From the NCBI RefSeq assembly GCF_009914755.1, contig NC_060929.1: a stretch of 64,000 nucleotides of DNA; one strand, written 5' to 3'. The notes under the pieces are model-generated. The model searched no databases. It was given only the letters and a program-made list of their open reading frames with translations, and had not been told where the DNA came from. The stretch is from the human T2T-CHM13v2.0 reference genome, Homo sapiens. Below are positions 30,365-44,019 of this stretch, in pieces (position 1 is the stretch's first letter; every line of letters starts with the position of its first letter). The translations under genes were made by a program, and so were the position numbers.

Positions 30365-32770
30365 TAGGATCATTTTTCCTATTGAAATTTCTAATTGGTT
30401 TTTGCTGAAGGAAGAAAAGTTGCCAATCTTTATATGTCCAACTCACATTCAGCACTCCTGCTAAACTAATTAATTGGTTTTAATCATTTGTCAGGTTATT
30501 CTTCGGATTTTCCAAACTGAGCAATTATGGCCTCGGAAAATAACAAGAGTTTTGTTTCTTCCTTTCCAATTTGTATTTCTTTTCTTGAATTTGGGCTAAG
30601 CTGTGATATGGGAGATGTGATTTGACTTTAATTTTGTGGCACCGCTAAGCATGGTGGTTCCTACAGTTTCCTGGTTTACATCCTTTAATAGTTCAGGGAG
30701 TTCTCCTTTATTCAGTTTTCTAGGTGTTTGTGTCATGAATGAATGTTTATGGGAGCTGGACAAATGGCAGGATCTACTGTGAAAATTATGGGGATTTTTT
30801 TCCCCACTAATTTAGTAAAGCATTGACAAATTGACAATTTGTCCATTTTTTGTTGTTGTTGAACCAACCCTAGTGGCTCGAGTTATATTATTAATAAATT
30901 ATAGGATTCAATTTACTAATATTTTCTTTGTGGTTTTTACATGTACAAGTATAATGATCCTTTGTGTGTGTTTTTTTTTCTTATGCTTTCCTTATCTTAT
31001 TTTGATAATAGTGTTTTTACTAACTTCACAAAAGGAGTTGGTCAGCTTTCCATCTTTTTCTAAACTCTAGAATAGTTTCAGGGGATTTAGGTTATTTGTT
31101 CCTTAAATACTTTATAAAAATCATCTTTTAAACTCTACGGATTTGTTGCCTCTTTGGTTATTGATCTTTGTCTATCATTTCCATTTATCTAATGATTGTG
31201 TCTCTATCCAGGTTTTCTACTTGCTCTTGGATCAATTTGTTTATATATATTATCTTAGAAAGTTTTCAACATCAGTCATTCTTAGTGTATTGGTATAAAA
31301 ATATTCAATTCTTTTATAATTTTTGAAGGTTGATAGTATCTGTAGTTATAAATCCTTTTTTGTTTACTCATGATATTTATGTCTTCTCTCCTTTTTATTG
31401 ATTATACCTGTCAAAAATTTGTCTATTGTGTTAATTGTGTCAAAGAACTTGCTTTTGGTTATGTTGATGACTGGAATTTCTGGCCTTCTGTTTCATTAAT
31501 TCCTGCTTGTATATTAGTTTTCTTCTTCATTCTACTTTCTTTAGATTTTTGTTATTCTTTTTTATAGTTTCTTAAGTTGAAAGCTTAGCTCATTTATTTT
31601 TAATCTTTCTTGTTTTCTAATAAATGCACTTCTGGATCTAAATTCCCCTCTGAGTACCACTGTGGCTTTATCCCATAACTTTTTATGTGCAGAACTTTTA
31701 CAGTCATTCGGTTTTAAGTACTGTACTCCATTATGATTTCCTCTTTAAAACGTGAATTATTTAGAAGGTTTTTTTTAACCTCCAGATGTTATGCGGGGAT
31801 ATCCTGTCTATCTTTATGTTGTCGGTTACTATTTTTACTCCCCGGTCCCCATTGGAAAAAGGACTTGATGACTTCAGCCTTTGAAAATTGTGGATTTTTC
31901 TTTGTTGCTTAGTACATAGTTAATTTTTTATAAATTTCCCCATGTACTTAAAACTAATGAGTATACTCACTTGGATGTAGAGTTAATTAAATTCTTCAAA
32001 TCCTTTATTTTCTTATTAATTATTATTCTACTTGCTATGGTAGCTTTTGAGAACTCATTTCTTGTGGCCGCGGTAACAAATTATCACAGACTCGGTGGTT
32101 TAAAACAGCAGAAATTTGTTCTGTCCAAGTTCTGGAGGCCAGAAATCCAAAATCAAGGTGTCATCAGGGTGGTGGTCCTTCTAGGGGCTCTAAGGGAGTC
32201 TGTCCCTGGCCACCTTAGCTTCTGGTGGCTGCCCACCTTCCTGGACACTCCGTGACTTGTGCCAACTTATTACAATGTCTACCTTCCCCTTCCCATGGCC
32301 TCCCCCTCTGTGTCAATTCTCTGCCTCTCTCTTAAAAAGATACTTGCAATGACATTTAGGAACCACCTGGATAATCTAGGATGATCTCATCTCAGTGTTC
32401 TTAAATTAATTACATCTGCAAAGACCCTTTTTACAAATAAGGTAATATTTACAGATTCCAAGGATTAGGATGGGGACATGTCTTTGGAGCCACCATTCAG
32501 CCCGCTACAGGAAAGATGTGTCAAAATCTCTCCAGGATTGTCAATTTCTCCTTGTAATTCAAAGGAACGGCTGTATTTCAAAGGTATTGTATTAGGTGCA
32601 TACAACGTCAAAACTATTATATCTCCTTCGTGCATTTTCACTTGTATTAATATGAAATGGCTGTCTCTGTCCTTAATACTTTTCATCTTGAGATCTAATT
32701 TATCTGTTGGAATATTGCTACATTCTTCTCTTTTATTAATTTTAAAACTTTCTGAGTCATTATGTTTCAT
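30365..32770 (-). mobile_element. Highly decayed L1M ORF2 region (endonuclease relic at 32510-32770), interrupted by MLT1C
   Basis: T-rich strand bias; minus translation TDKLDLKMKSIKDRDSHFILIQVKMHEGDIIVLTLYAPN resembles L1 EN SDKIDFK..I.RDKEGHYIMIKGSI.QEDITILNIYAPN. Confidence 0.7.
32050..32509 (-). mobile_element. MLT1C-like LTR
   Basis: gtaacaaattatcacagactcggtggtttaaaacagcagaaattt ... ccattcagcccgctaca. Confidence 0.85.
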
Positions 32771-33350
32771 CCTGATTTTTATTTCATTGTTTACGTTGTC
32801 ACAACTGATAAGTTTGGGCTTATTTAGCCATTATAACATATTTTCTCTCTTCCCCCTGATTTCTCTAGGTTTCCTTTCCTCATATCTTCCCTAAATCTGA
32901 CCAGCGGAAGCCACGGCCTGGGGTGTTTTCTGGTTCAGTCACAATTTCCAGGGTAGGACTGTATTGTAAGAAGAATGCGGTCACTCTCCCCAAGCGCACA
33001 TTATCACACTTCTTTTAAGCAGGAGATCTTAGGACTGTGTGAGTGGCCAGTCACATTTCCATTTTGCCAGAACTACCATTATTCCCACAGCCTCTGGAAC
33101 AAAACCTCTTGCTCGAGAAGGTGCTTCAGATGAACTCACTATTTGAAAATGCATCTTGTTACGCTGTTTTTTTGTTTTTTGTTTTGTTATAAATAATTAA
33201 GTTTTGAGGGATTCTGCAGATGCGCCAAAAAACACGTGTCCGGGGTAAAAGCTGTGGAAGGTGCTCGGTTCTAAGGAGAGGGAAGGAAAGCCAAGTGGAC
33301 CCTGTCATCTGAAATTGTTTTGTCATCCACTGACTTTTACAAATAAAACA

Positions 33351-33917
<567 letters not shown>

Positions 33918-35005
33918 CTAGGGAGAAAAGGAATTTATAACACAGAGAATACACGGCGCTGGGGCTTTCTCGCATTTCTGCTATCGCCGTTAAAATTATC
34001 CGGGTTCAAATAGAGAAATGCTCTGTCCTAGTCATTATTCATGTTTCTTTCCAAGGCACAAATTCCAGCATAGGCAATTTTGGCAGGAACTGAACTATTT
34101 ATTTACTGGATTCTTGCTTACGACCAGGCAAGCAGAAAGCCCTCCAGCACGCACAGAACTGGGGCTGGCTTCCTCTCTCCGATGGCTCCTAGGAGGATCT
34201 GCCTGACCCAAATGAGTGCCAGCTATAAAATCTCAGCAAGGCCAAGGGCAGAGGCAGCGCCACTCAGCGAGGGAAGCCATAAACTAGACAGAAAGACCTC
34301 CTTGCTCCACACTCTCCTGGATCACATCCTCAGGTGGAGTTTAAATCACTGTGTCCCAGTTTCCACGTCTGTGGGCAGGTGATCCGGCACCCGCAAATTC
34401 AGAGCTGCTGGCATGAAAACCCTATAAGGTGATTAGACACACTGGCTTCAGGAGTGTTTGATACAGACACCACGTTCGCCGCCCACGAATCGCCCAACCT
34501 CATATTCTGTTTTGCTCTGAATGTGCCACAGCGATCCATCTTCCAGGTCCGATGGGACCTCTCTCCAGCCCCCCGCCCCTGACCTGAACCCTCCTCCTGG
34601 TTTTACTTGAAATCACAAACTCAAGACTGCCCCCACTCCCCCCAGGTCCTAGGCTGTGCCCTTTATGATTCAGCCCGAGTCCCTGGGCTGCTAGTGAGGA
34701 GGGCACCTTGCTTCCCGGCCCTCAGAGACGCCTCTCTCCCAGGCTTCAGGCTTCATGGCACCTGGTTATGACCTTTTCTCAAAAGGACCTGCAGATCTTG
34801 GCCTAAAACGGGGAGGAGCCCCTTGGGGAGATGTAGAGGGAACTTGGGTGGAGAGCAGAGGGAGGAAGGAAGGGTCCCTGGGGAACCAGATCAGCTGATT
34901 CTGTGCGGGAAATCCGCAGGGAGCGAGCAGTCACTCAGCTGTCCTAAAAGCCAGCACAGCTCATCTTCCCTCTAGAATTTATAACTCTTCAAAATTCTAG
35001 CCTTG

Positions 35006-35132
35006 GGCCAGAAGTGGTGGGCTCCCACCTGTAATCCCAACACTTTGGGAGGCCAAGGTGGGAGGATGGCTTAAGGTCAGGAGTTGGAGACTAGCCTGGG
35101 CAACATAGTGAGACCCCCATCTCTACAATAAA
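35006..35132 (+). mobile_element. FLAM_C / free left Alu monomer
   Basis: Single monomer; TSD tctagccttg at 34996 and 35201. Confidence 0.9.
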
Positions 35133-35141
35133 TAGATAGAT

Positions 35142-35191
<50 letters not shown>

Positions 35192-35199
35192 CAGATACA
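35133..35199. repeat. Tetranucleotide STR [TAGA]2 TGA [TAGA]12 CAGA TACA
   Basis: Counted directly; lies between the FLAM body and its 3' TSD. Confidence 0.97.
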
Positions 35200-35309
35200 G
35201 TCTAGCCTTGTTTAGGCCCTTCTCTCTCAGAACATTTGCTTTGTTGAAGTGTGAGCATTCCCCAGTAAATTATGAAAGTTGGTTGGCTAAGCTGGTTCCT
35301 CTAGACAGC

Positions 35310-35650
35310 TGCTATGGATGGAATGCTTGTGTCCCCTCAAAACTCACGTGTTGAACTCCTTGCCCCCAAGGTGATGGTATTTGGGGGTAGGCTGTGGGGA
35401 GGTGATTAGGTCATGCAGGTGGACTCCTCATGATTGAGATTAGTGCCCTTATAGAAGGGATCCCGGAAAGCTCTCTCAGTCTCCTTCCACCATGTGAGGA
35501 CACAGTCAGAAGGCAGCGATCTGCAGCCAGGAAGAGGGCCCCAGCCCTGCTGGCACCCTGATCTCGAACTTCCAGCCTGCAGAGCTGTGAGATAGGTGTT
35601 TATTGTTTAGGCCACTCAGTCAGAGACAGAAGCTCAAGCAGACAAAGGCA
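35310..35650 (+). mobile_element. MLT1A0-like LTR
   Basis: tgctatggatggaatgcttgtgtcccctcaaaactc...gaggtgattaggtcatg...gattagtgcccttata. Confidence 0.85.
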
Positions 35651-37557
35651 GTGACCATGCCACACAGCCTCCCCTGACCCCTGGCCCTACGGGAAGGTCA
35701 CTCTATGCATGCCTGCACTCTCTGTCCAGTGAGCCCTGAGTCCCTGTCTTCTCTCTGAGGGGCACTTCCAGCCCCAAGCCCATGCAGGACAAAGATGATG
35801 GGTATGTGGTGCCCCCAGGGCCTGGCAGCCTCCCCTGTGCACAGCAGCAGGTCTGCCCTGTGTGCCCTGGCCCTGGGGCCCAGTGTTCAGGGCATCTCAG
35901 AGGTCCTGCCTTCCGCAGGACTCCTTGCCCTACACACCACCAGAGGGCACATGACCTGAAAGGAAAAGATCCATGTGTCCAGTTGTTCCTCAGTAAACAT
36001 GTATTGAGCACCTGCTGTGAGCCAGGCACAGGCCCAGCCCCCAGGATGATCAGGCATGCAGTGTCCCTGAGCTGGGGAGCCACTGTCTGTGAAGGAGACT
36101 AGAACAAACAGCTGAAGCACAGGGCAGCACGGATTCCACAGAGCCTCCCACAGCCTCCTCCCATGTGTGCAGGGAAGGCCTGGAAGGGGGCCAACAGCAG
36201 CCAGGCAAGGAGACCCAAGCCTCCCAAATACACCACCAGGCCCCACCCTTCAGGTTCAAGGAGCCCTGGGCTGGTCAACAGCCAAACATCTGCCCTGCTT
36301 TGCATGGTGGATTCAGGTCAACAACACACCCCGTTGGTGTGCACGACCAGCCTCAGCCAGGCTTCTTGTACAGCGCCTCGATGTCCAGTCCAAACCAGGC
36401 CACCTCAAGCCCCCAGGCCAGAAGCATTGCAGAGAACATCCTTCTCACCTCCTGGGCTGTCCAAGGGGCTGGGTCCTGCCAGGCTCCCTGGTTTTTCATG
36501 GCTCCCTGTGGGTAAGCAACACCTTCTTGCAAGGACAGAGAGGGTCCTGTACACGCCAAAGCTTCTCAAACTCCCTGTGGGCAAAGACCAGGTTTTGCTT
36601 TCTAATCTACCACAGACTGTCACTTGTATAAAATTTAAAATAATTTTTAGAATAGTGAAAGGCAAAAAGACATACAAAACATACGCCTCAACAGAGTAAA
36701 GAGACAACTTATTGAATGGGAGAAAATATTTGCAAACTATTTATCCAACAAGAGGCTGATTTCCAGAATACACAAGCAATTCAAACAATTCAATGGCAAA
36801 ACAAAACCCAATAATCCCATTAACAGGTGGGCAAAGGATCTGAATAAATGTTTCTCAGAAGAAAGATAAAAACGGCAACCGGTATATGAAAAGATGCCAA
36901 ATATCGCTAATCATCAGGAAAATACAAATCAAAACCACAATGAGATATCATCTTACCCCAGTTAGAATGGCTGTTATCAAAAAGACAAAATATTTAAAAT
37001 GCTGATAAAGATGCAGAGAAAAGGGACTCTGAAACACGGTTGGTGGGAGTGTAAATTAGTACCATCGTGGAAAACAGTGTGGAGGTTTCTCAAGAAACTA
37101 AAATATCCAATGACGGACGCAGTGAAGCTCCCTGACCTGCCACAGTGCAATATATTAATGTAGCAAAACTGCACTTGTACCCCATGAAAATATACACTTT
37201 TTAAAACGAAAATATTTTTAAGAACTGAAAATAGAACTACTATACCATTCAGTAATTCCACTACTGGGGATTTATCCAAAGGAAAGGCAATCAGTATATC
37301 TAAAGGATAGGATACCTGACCCCAATGTTTATTGCAGCACTATTCACAATAGTCAAGATGTGCAATCAACCTGCATGTCCACCAGCAAATGAATGGATAA
37401 AGAAAATGTGATGTATACACAATGAAATACTATTCAGCCATTAAAAAGAATAAAATCCTGTCATTTGTAGCAACATGGATGGAACTGGGGATCATTATGT
37501 TAAGTGAAATAAGTCAGGCACAGAAAGACAAATATCACATGTTCTCATTTATATGTG

Positions 37558-37932
37558 TGATGTGGTTTAGCTGTGTGTCCCCAACCAAATATCATCTTGA
37601 ATTGCAATACCCCAGGTGTTAAGGGAGGAACCTGATGGGAAGTGATTGAATTAGGGGACAGTTTTCCCCATGCCATTCTTGTGATACTGAGTGAATTCTC
37701 ATGAGCTCTGATGGTTTTACAAATGGTAGTTTCTCCTGCACTCTCACACACGTTTCTCTCTCCTGCCACCATGTGAAGAAGGTCCTTGCTTCCCCTTCAC
37801 CTTCCACCATGATTGTAAGTTTCCTGAGGCCCCCCAAGCCATGTGGAACTGTGAGTCAATGAAACCTCTTTCTTTTATAAATTACCCAGTCTCAGGAAGT
37901 TCTTCATAGTAGTGTGCGAATGGACTAATACA
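37558..37932 (+). mobile_element. THE1D-like solo LTR
   Basis: tgatgtggtttagctgtgtgtcccc ... tggactaataca; perfect TSD atgtg. Confidence 0.92.
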
Positions 37933-38044
37933 ATGTGGAAGCTAAAAAAAGTGGATCTTAGGGAGGCAGAGAGTAGAATGATATTTACCAGAGGGTGGGG
38001 AAACACGGGGAGGAAGATAGGTTGGTTAATGGATACAAACATAC

Positions 38045-38620
38045 TGTGATGGTTAATACTGAGTGTCAACTTGATTGGATTGAAGGATACAAAGTATTGA
38101 TCCTGGGTGTGTCTCTGAGGGTGTTGCCAAAAGAGATTAACATTTGAGTCAGTGGTCTGAGGAAGGGAGATCCACCCTTAGTCTGCTGGGCACCATCTAA
38201 TCGCAGCCATCGAATATAAAGCAGGCAGAAAAACGGGAAAAGGAGAGACTAGCTTAGCCTCCCAGCCTACATTTTTCTCCTGTGCTGGATGCTTCCTGTC
38301 CTCAAACATCGAACTCCAAGTTCTTCAGTTTTGAGACTCGGACTGGCTCTCCTATCTCCTTAAGCTTGCAGACAGCCTATTGTGGGAACTTGTGATGGTG
38401 TAAGTTAATACTTAATAAACTCATATATATATATATATCATATATATGATATATATATGAGTTTATACATATATCATATATATGATATATATATGAGTTT
38501 ATATATATATCATATATATGATATATATGAGTTTATATATATATCATATATATGATATATATATGAGTCTATATATATATATATCCTGTTAGATCTGTCG
38601 CTCTAGAGAACCGTAATACA
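38045..38620 (+). mobile_element. MLT2A (HERV-L) solo LTR
   Basis: tgtgatggttaatactgagtgtcaacttgattggattgaagga start; ends taataca; TSD catac/tatac. Confidence 0.95.
38417..38584. repeat. Palindromic AT-rich minisatellite, ~36-bp unit x4
   Basis: Unit (at)n-catatatatg-(at)n-gagttt repeated four times inside MLT2A. Confidence 0.92.
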
Positions 38621-39310
38621 TATACAGTTCTCGTGTTCAATAGCACAGTTGATTGACTACAGTTAACAATAATCTATTGTATATTTCAAAATAGCTAGAA
38701 GATTTGAAATGTTCCCAACACAAAGAAATGATACATGTTCAAGGTGATGAATATCCTAAATACCCCAATTTGATCATTACACATTGTGTGCATATATCAA
38801 AATATCACATGTACACCATAATTATGTACAAATATCATAAAATGTACATATGCAGGTAAATATTTTGCCCTTAGCTTCAACGGATATAAAATTACTCTAT
38901 CAAGTTGCTACAAAAGTTTCTAAACACTCTCCATTTCAGCACTTATCTCACCACAGAAAGTAACAAAGAGTTCTTGGACTGGCATAGCCCGTGAACTACC
39001 TGGAATTGTGCTGCCCCGGACTGAGGGTCAGCAAACTCCTGCCCAAGGGCAGGCCAAATCCATCATCTTGTCATTTAAGTATTGTCTGAGGCTGCCTTTG
39101 GGCTTTCGTGCTACAAAAGCAGACTTGAAACAACCACTTACTAAATGGCCTTTTATTGAAAAATGTTTGCCAACTCCTGCCCTAGTCTACTTCAAAAACA
39201 CTGCCCACCCATCTCAGTACCTCCAGTCTTCCCAAAGCCACAGCTGCTTACCTCCTCCAGTAACCATGAGAGAATTTCTTCAATAACGACAAGAAGATAG
39301 TATTTACCAA

Positions 39311-40249
39311 GTAGATCAGCTTCCTAGGGCTGCTGTAACAAATTACAGCAAAGGGTGGCTTAAAAACAGAAATTTCGTTTCCCACAGTTCTCAAGGCCAG
39401 AAGTCCAAAATCAAGGTGTAGAGATGGCTGTACTTCCTCCAAAAGCTCTAAGGGAAACACCTTCCTTCCCTCTTCCAGTTTCTGGTAGCTCCTGGTATTT
39501 CTTGGCTTCTCCCTGCATCACCCCAATCTCTGCCTCCATCTCCACATGGCCCTCTTGTCTATGTCTGTGTCTTCTCTTCTAAGTCCGCCTGCCATTGGAC
39601 TTAGGGCCTATCTGGATAATCCAGGATGATCTCATCTCAAGATCTTTAAATTGATTACATCTATGAAGACCCTTTCTCCAAATTAGGTCACATTCGCAGG
39701 TTCCAAAAGTTGCAACATTGATACTATGGTTTGAATGTTTGCCCCCTCCAAAACTCGTGTTGAAACTTAATCCCCAATGTAATATTGTTAAAATGAGAGG
39801 CCTTTAAGAAGTAACACCAACATGGTACATGTACACATATGTAACAAACCTGCACGTTGTGCACATGTACCTTAAAACTTAAAGTATAATAATAATAAAA
39901 TTTAAAAAAAAGAAGTAATTGGATCATGAGGGCTCTGCTCCAAGTCATTAACGGGTTAATGAATTAATGGGTTATCACTGGAGTGAACCTGTTAAAAAGC
40001 CAGTTTGGCTCTCAGTGAGCCTCTCTTGCCCTGTGATGCCTTCACCATGTTATGACACAGCCCAAGGCCCTCTCCAGAAGCCAACCAGATGCAGCCACCT
40101 GATTTGGACTTCCCAGCCTCCGTAACTATAAGAAATAAATTTATTTTCTTTATAAACTACCCAGTCTCCATTATTCAGTTACAGCAACAGAAAATGGACT
40201 AAGACGGTGGACATATCTTCTGGGTGGGGGCACGGTTCAAGCCACGACA
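39311..40249 (-). mobile_element. MLT1C-like LTR interrupted by an MST LTR
   Basis: ttcctagggctgctgtaacaaatt... breaks at ~39720 and resumes ggacatatctt...ttcaagccacgaca. Confidence 0.85.
39722..40206 (+). mobile_element. MSTB/C-like LTR containing an L1PA 3' tip (39815-39909)
   Basis: ctatggtttgaatgtttgcccctccaaaactc ... atggactaagac; L1 tip flanked by TSD aagaagtaa. Confidence 0.88.
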
Positions 40250-40254
40250 CTGAG

Positions 40255-40700
40255 TGTTTACTCTGTACCAGACGGTGTTCTCATTCTCTAATCTCAACCT
40301 CACAGCACCTTTATGTGGAAAACACTGTCCTCATTTTACAAATGAGTAAATCAAGTCCCCAAGAAGAATCCACATATAATTTTCCAAGGATTACACAATG
40401 AGACAGAGGTAGGATTCAGGCCCATACCCATAACCACTGCAACCTGCAGCCCTGAGGGTCTTGGGAGCATTCACTGGGTGCTCTGCGTGTGTCAAGCAGC
40501 AGTCTCAGCACTCTGCACATATCATGGCCCCTTAATTCTCATAATAAATATGGGAGATTGCCGTTATTATTATTATTATTACTTTATAGAGGAGAAAATA
40601 GAGATTTAGTCTTAAAGACTAAGATCACCCAGCTAATCAGTGGCAACATTAGGGCTTGAACCTAGGTCTATTGGAAAACAAAGCCAGACTCATTTCTACG
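40255..40700 (-). mobile_element. MIR fragments
   Basis: MIR-core-like ctcattttacaaatgagtaaa and actttatagaggagaaaatagag...aagatcacccagctaa. Confidence 0.55.
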
Positions 40701-42529
40701 ACACTAAGCAAAACTTTGTATAACAGCAGGGCAATTCCCAAACTCAAACTCCATCAGCCTCAGAGAGTAAGCCCATGAAGTTATCATGAGCCACTGAGAT
40801 TGTCACCTCCTATCCTTGCTGAGTGAGTCCTGACGGGCCTCAGGGCCCCAGGCTCCCTTGGTCCTGTGGCTCAGACTTCACCAGGCCTTCAGGTCTTGCG
40901 AATCCAGCCAGAAGATGGGGAAGAGGGGAGGAGAGTGACACACTCACTTCTTAACTTGCCTTGGAGGTGACAATGCACTCTTTTTCACATTCCATTGGCC
41001 AGAACTAGACACATGCAAGGGAGGCTGGGGCACTCTACATCATGGAAGGAGGCCCCCAAATTTTAAGCAGACAACTAGTCACCTCCCTATATTAAAAAGC
41101 TATTTTATAAAACCTTCGAAATTCTCAGGGTTTTGGCACATAGCAGTAATTCAGTAATTTTTTGAATGAATGATTGAAGCTAACTGGGGAAAAATAAAGC
41201 TGGCTCCACAAGCTGGACAGCAGAGCTACCGGAGCAGTAAGTCCGCAGTGGTCAGGTGTAGTGCAAAGTACTACTGGCCTCTATGACCCTTTCCTACAAA
41301 TGACTAAAAGGCACCTCTTCTTTAAGACTTCCGTCTATCATAAAATCATCACACTCTACTGATTTTTGTTAGAACAAGGCAATTTACTGCCATCTGCTGG
41401 AAATGTAACATACACAAATCCGCAATGTCTGTAATGTGAGTGGTAACTGCCGGCAATGGGCACCATTGTGCAATGCACAACCTGCACAACTGTACAGAGC
41501 AGCTCTGAGTGCTGATGGTAAGACCAGAGGAGCAACAGAGGAAAGTGAGGTCCTCACTGTGTGGATAAGAGTCCTCTGCATGTGGGGAGACCGCAGGATG
41601 GACCCAATGGTGCTGATACTGGCTCCTTGTATTTTGCTTGCTGGTGGAGGAAAGATCTGGGGGCCAAGGCAGGGGCACAGGCCTCCTCCGTCATCAGGAG
41701 GGACAAACACCTCTTCTGTACAGGCCTGGGTCTCAAAGGCCAATTCAATAGAGTTCATAAGGAAGGCAGAAACTTTATGGTTCTCAGTCTTGCTGACAAG
41801 CCAAGAATGTAAATTGCCTGAGAGCAGGGGCCACTTCCACAACATAGGGTCAGTCAGATGCCCCAAGAAGCTCCCAGACTCACACCCCTGGAGTGGGCCT
41901 TGTCCTGAGCCAGGAGGGCAGCCTGGCCAGTGGATCACTCCCACCGGGTGGGACACATTGGTTTCAAGGGATTGTGCCATACTGGGCTCCCGGAATGGTG
42001 CTGATGTGCTGACTTGGGAGGATTGCTCACGGCAGACACGGGACAAGCTCAGGGCTCTGAGCCCCTGCAGAGCCCCTTTTGACTCTGGGACAAGAGTCGA
42101 GTGTGTGGGTCTGTGCATGGCACTCACCCGTCTGTTCTAATTACAGGGCCACCTCGGGGCCACAGTGCTTGTGGAGCTCGGGTGGTGGAAAGCATCCTTA
42201 ACCCTGGCAAGCAAGGAGGTTACCCCAACTCCTTTGCAGGCTCTGTGTTGCACCCCGCTTCCAAGACTTTCCAGACCAGCAGCCATGGGGCTTTGGGATT
42301 GATCTCCTCTCCCATTTCCAATTGATGCGGTGATATCACACTCATCACACCTAGAACAATTTTTTTCTTACATTGTTTTACCCCTTTTAAATAAGCTTTA
42401 TTTTTTGTATCAGCTTTACGTTTACAACAAAATTGAGCAGATACTAGAGAGAGTTCCCATATTCCCCTACCCCACACAGGTACAGCCTCTCCCACTATCA
42501 ACCTCCCTGATTTTAAGTTGTTTATTTTG

Positions 42530-42820
<291 letters not shown>

Positions 42821-43089
42821 AAGTTTTTAATTTTTTTGTTATATTTTTATAAAAGAAAAATAACATCAAGACACTTCATAAATGGGTGCAGAAAATTATA
42901 ACAACTAAACACTTATATTTAGTCCCATATACACATGTACAATGGCTGGAACAGACAGAATGCTATTTTTACAAACCATCAGGTTCTTGGACAATCCAGG
43001 ATTTCTCAAGGTTCCCAGATCTCTGAGAATACCTGGTGGATTATCTCTGGGATAACACACAGAAGCTGTCTGCAAACCTTCAGATGGAC

Positions 43090-43272
43090 TTTTTTTTTTT
43101 TAACTTTTATCATAAGTTCAGGGGGTATTAGTGCAGATTTGTTATGTAGGTAAACTTGTGTCATATGGGTTTGTTGTACAGATTATTTCATCACCCAGGT
43201 ATTAAGCCTTCTACCCATTAGTTACTTTTTCTGATCCTCTCTCTCCTCTCGCCCTCCACCCTCCAAAAGCCC
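43090..43272 (-). mobile_element. Older L1PA 3' tip
   Basis: taggtaaacttgtgtcat...ttgttgtacagattatttcatcacccaggtattaagcc. Confidence 0.88.
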
Positions 43273-44019
43273 CCAGATGAACATTTTTATAGAAGTAACG
43301 GGAAATACAGTGGGAATCCTTGAGTTGTATTTTCTAGGGTCAGTCTTAAGCTCCACAGGATGAGGGGAGGATATTTCTTGCACCCACAGCCCACTCCCAC
43401 CACACCCTGGGCCCCTCATGATTAACATTCAGCAAGATCACATCCTAGGAATGCAGCAATCAGTGTCTAAAAGAAAACGTGGCTGGGAGATGTGCTGCTC
43501 TACCTTTATGCTATAAAATCTGTACATTTAACATGGTCAGAAATGAATTCTCACTCACATTTTACTGCTTTCTCTGGGGAAGACTTGCATTTGTGGTCAT
43601 CATTGACAGAACGCAGTCATCATCTCGAAGAGTGTCTGGAAGCCAGGGTCCCCGACCAGCACAAGGGATGGGACAGTGTCATGAGTAACGGTGTCACCAG
43701 CCTTAAGTAAATGGACTGGGGACATTCAGAGGCAAGATGAGCTATGCCATTTCAATGCAAACAGCTTGCAAAGAGCCAAAGAGGTTATGAGTGACAACCT
43801 TAACGTAACAACCAGGTGACATGTGGAATTGTTTTGGAATGTTGTCTTTGGCAATAAATACTAGGAAGCTATGGTTTCTAGATCTGAACAGAAAGAGATG
43901 GCACCTGGGGAGGAGAACAACTTTCACATGCCTCAATTGGAAAACATGTAAATACATAAGTACCTCTATGCTACTTATTATTCTAAATCCTTATTGATAA
44001 ATCACTATGCCCCACATGG

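Larger units (their letters stand above)
36680..38850 (+). mobile_element. L1MA-like 3' region hosting three nested insertions (L1 tip ~37106-37218, THE1D, MLT2A)
   Basis: gaatgggagaaaatatttgcaaac...aaaaccacaatgagatatcatcttacccc...gcaacatggatggaactgg...aaaatatcacatgtac; continuous across insertions. Confidence 0.9.

Noticed and set aside
36163-36699. ORFs open in all three plus frames (also 21957-22927)
   Set aside because: Expected from stop-codon scarcity in GC-rich DNA; no domain or splice support.
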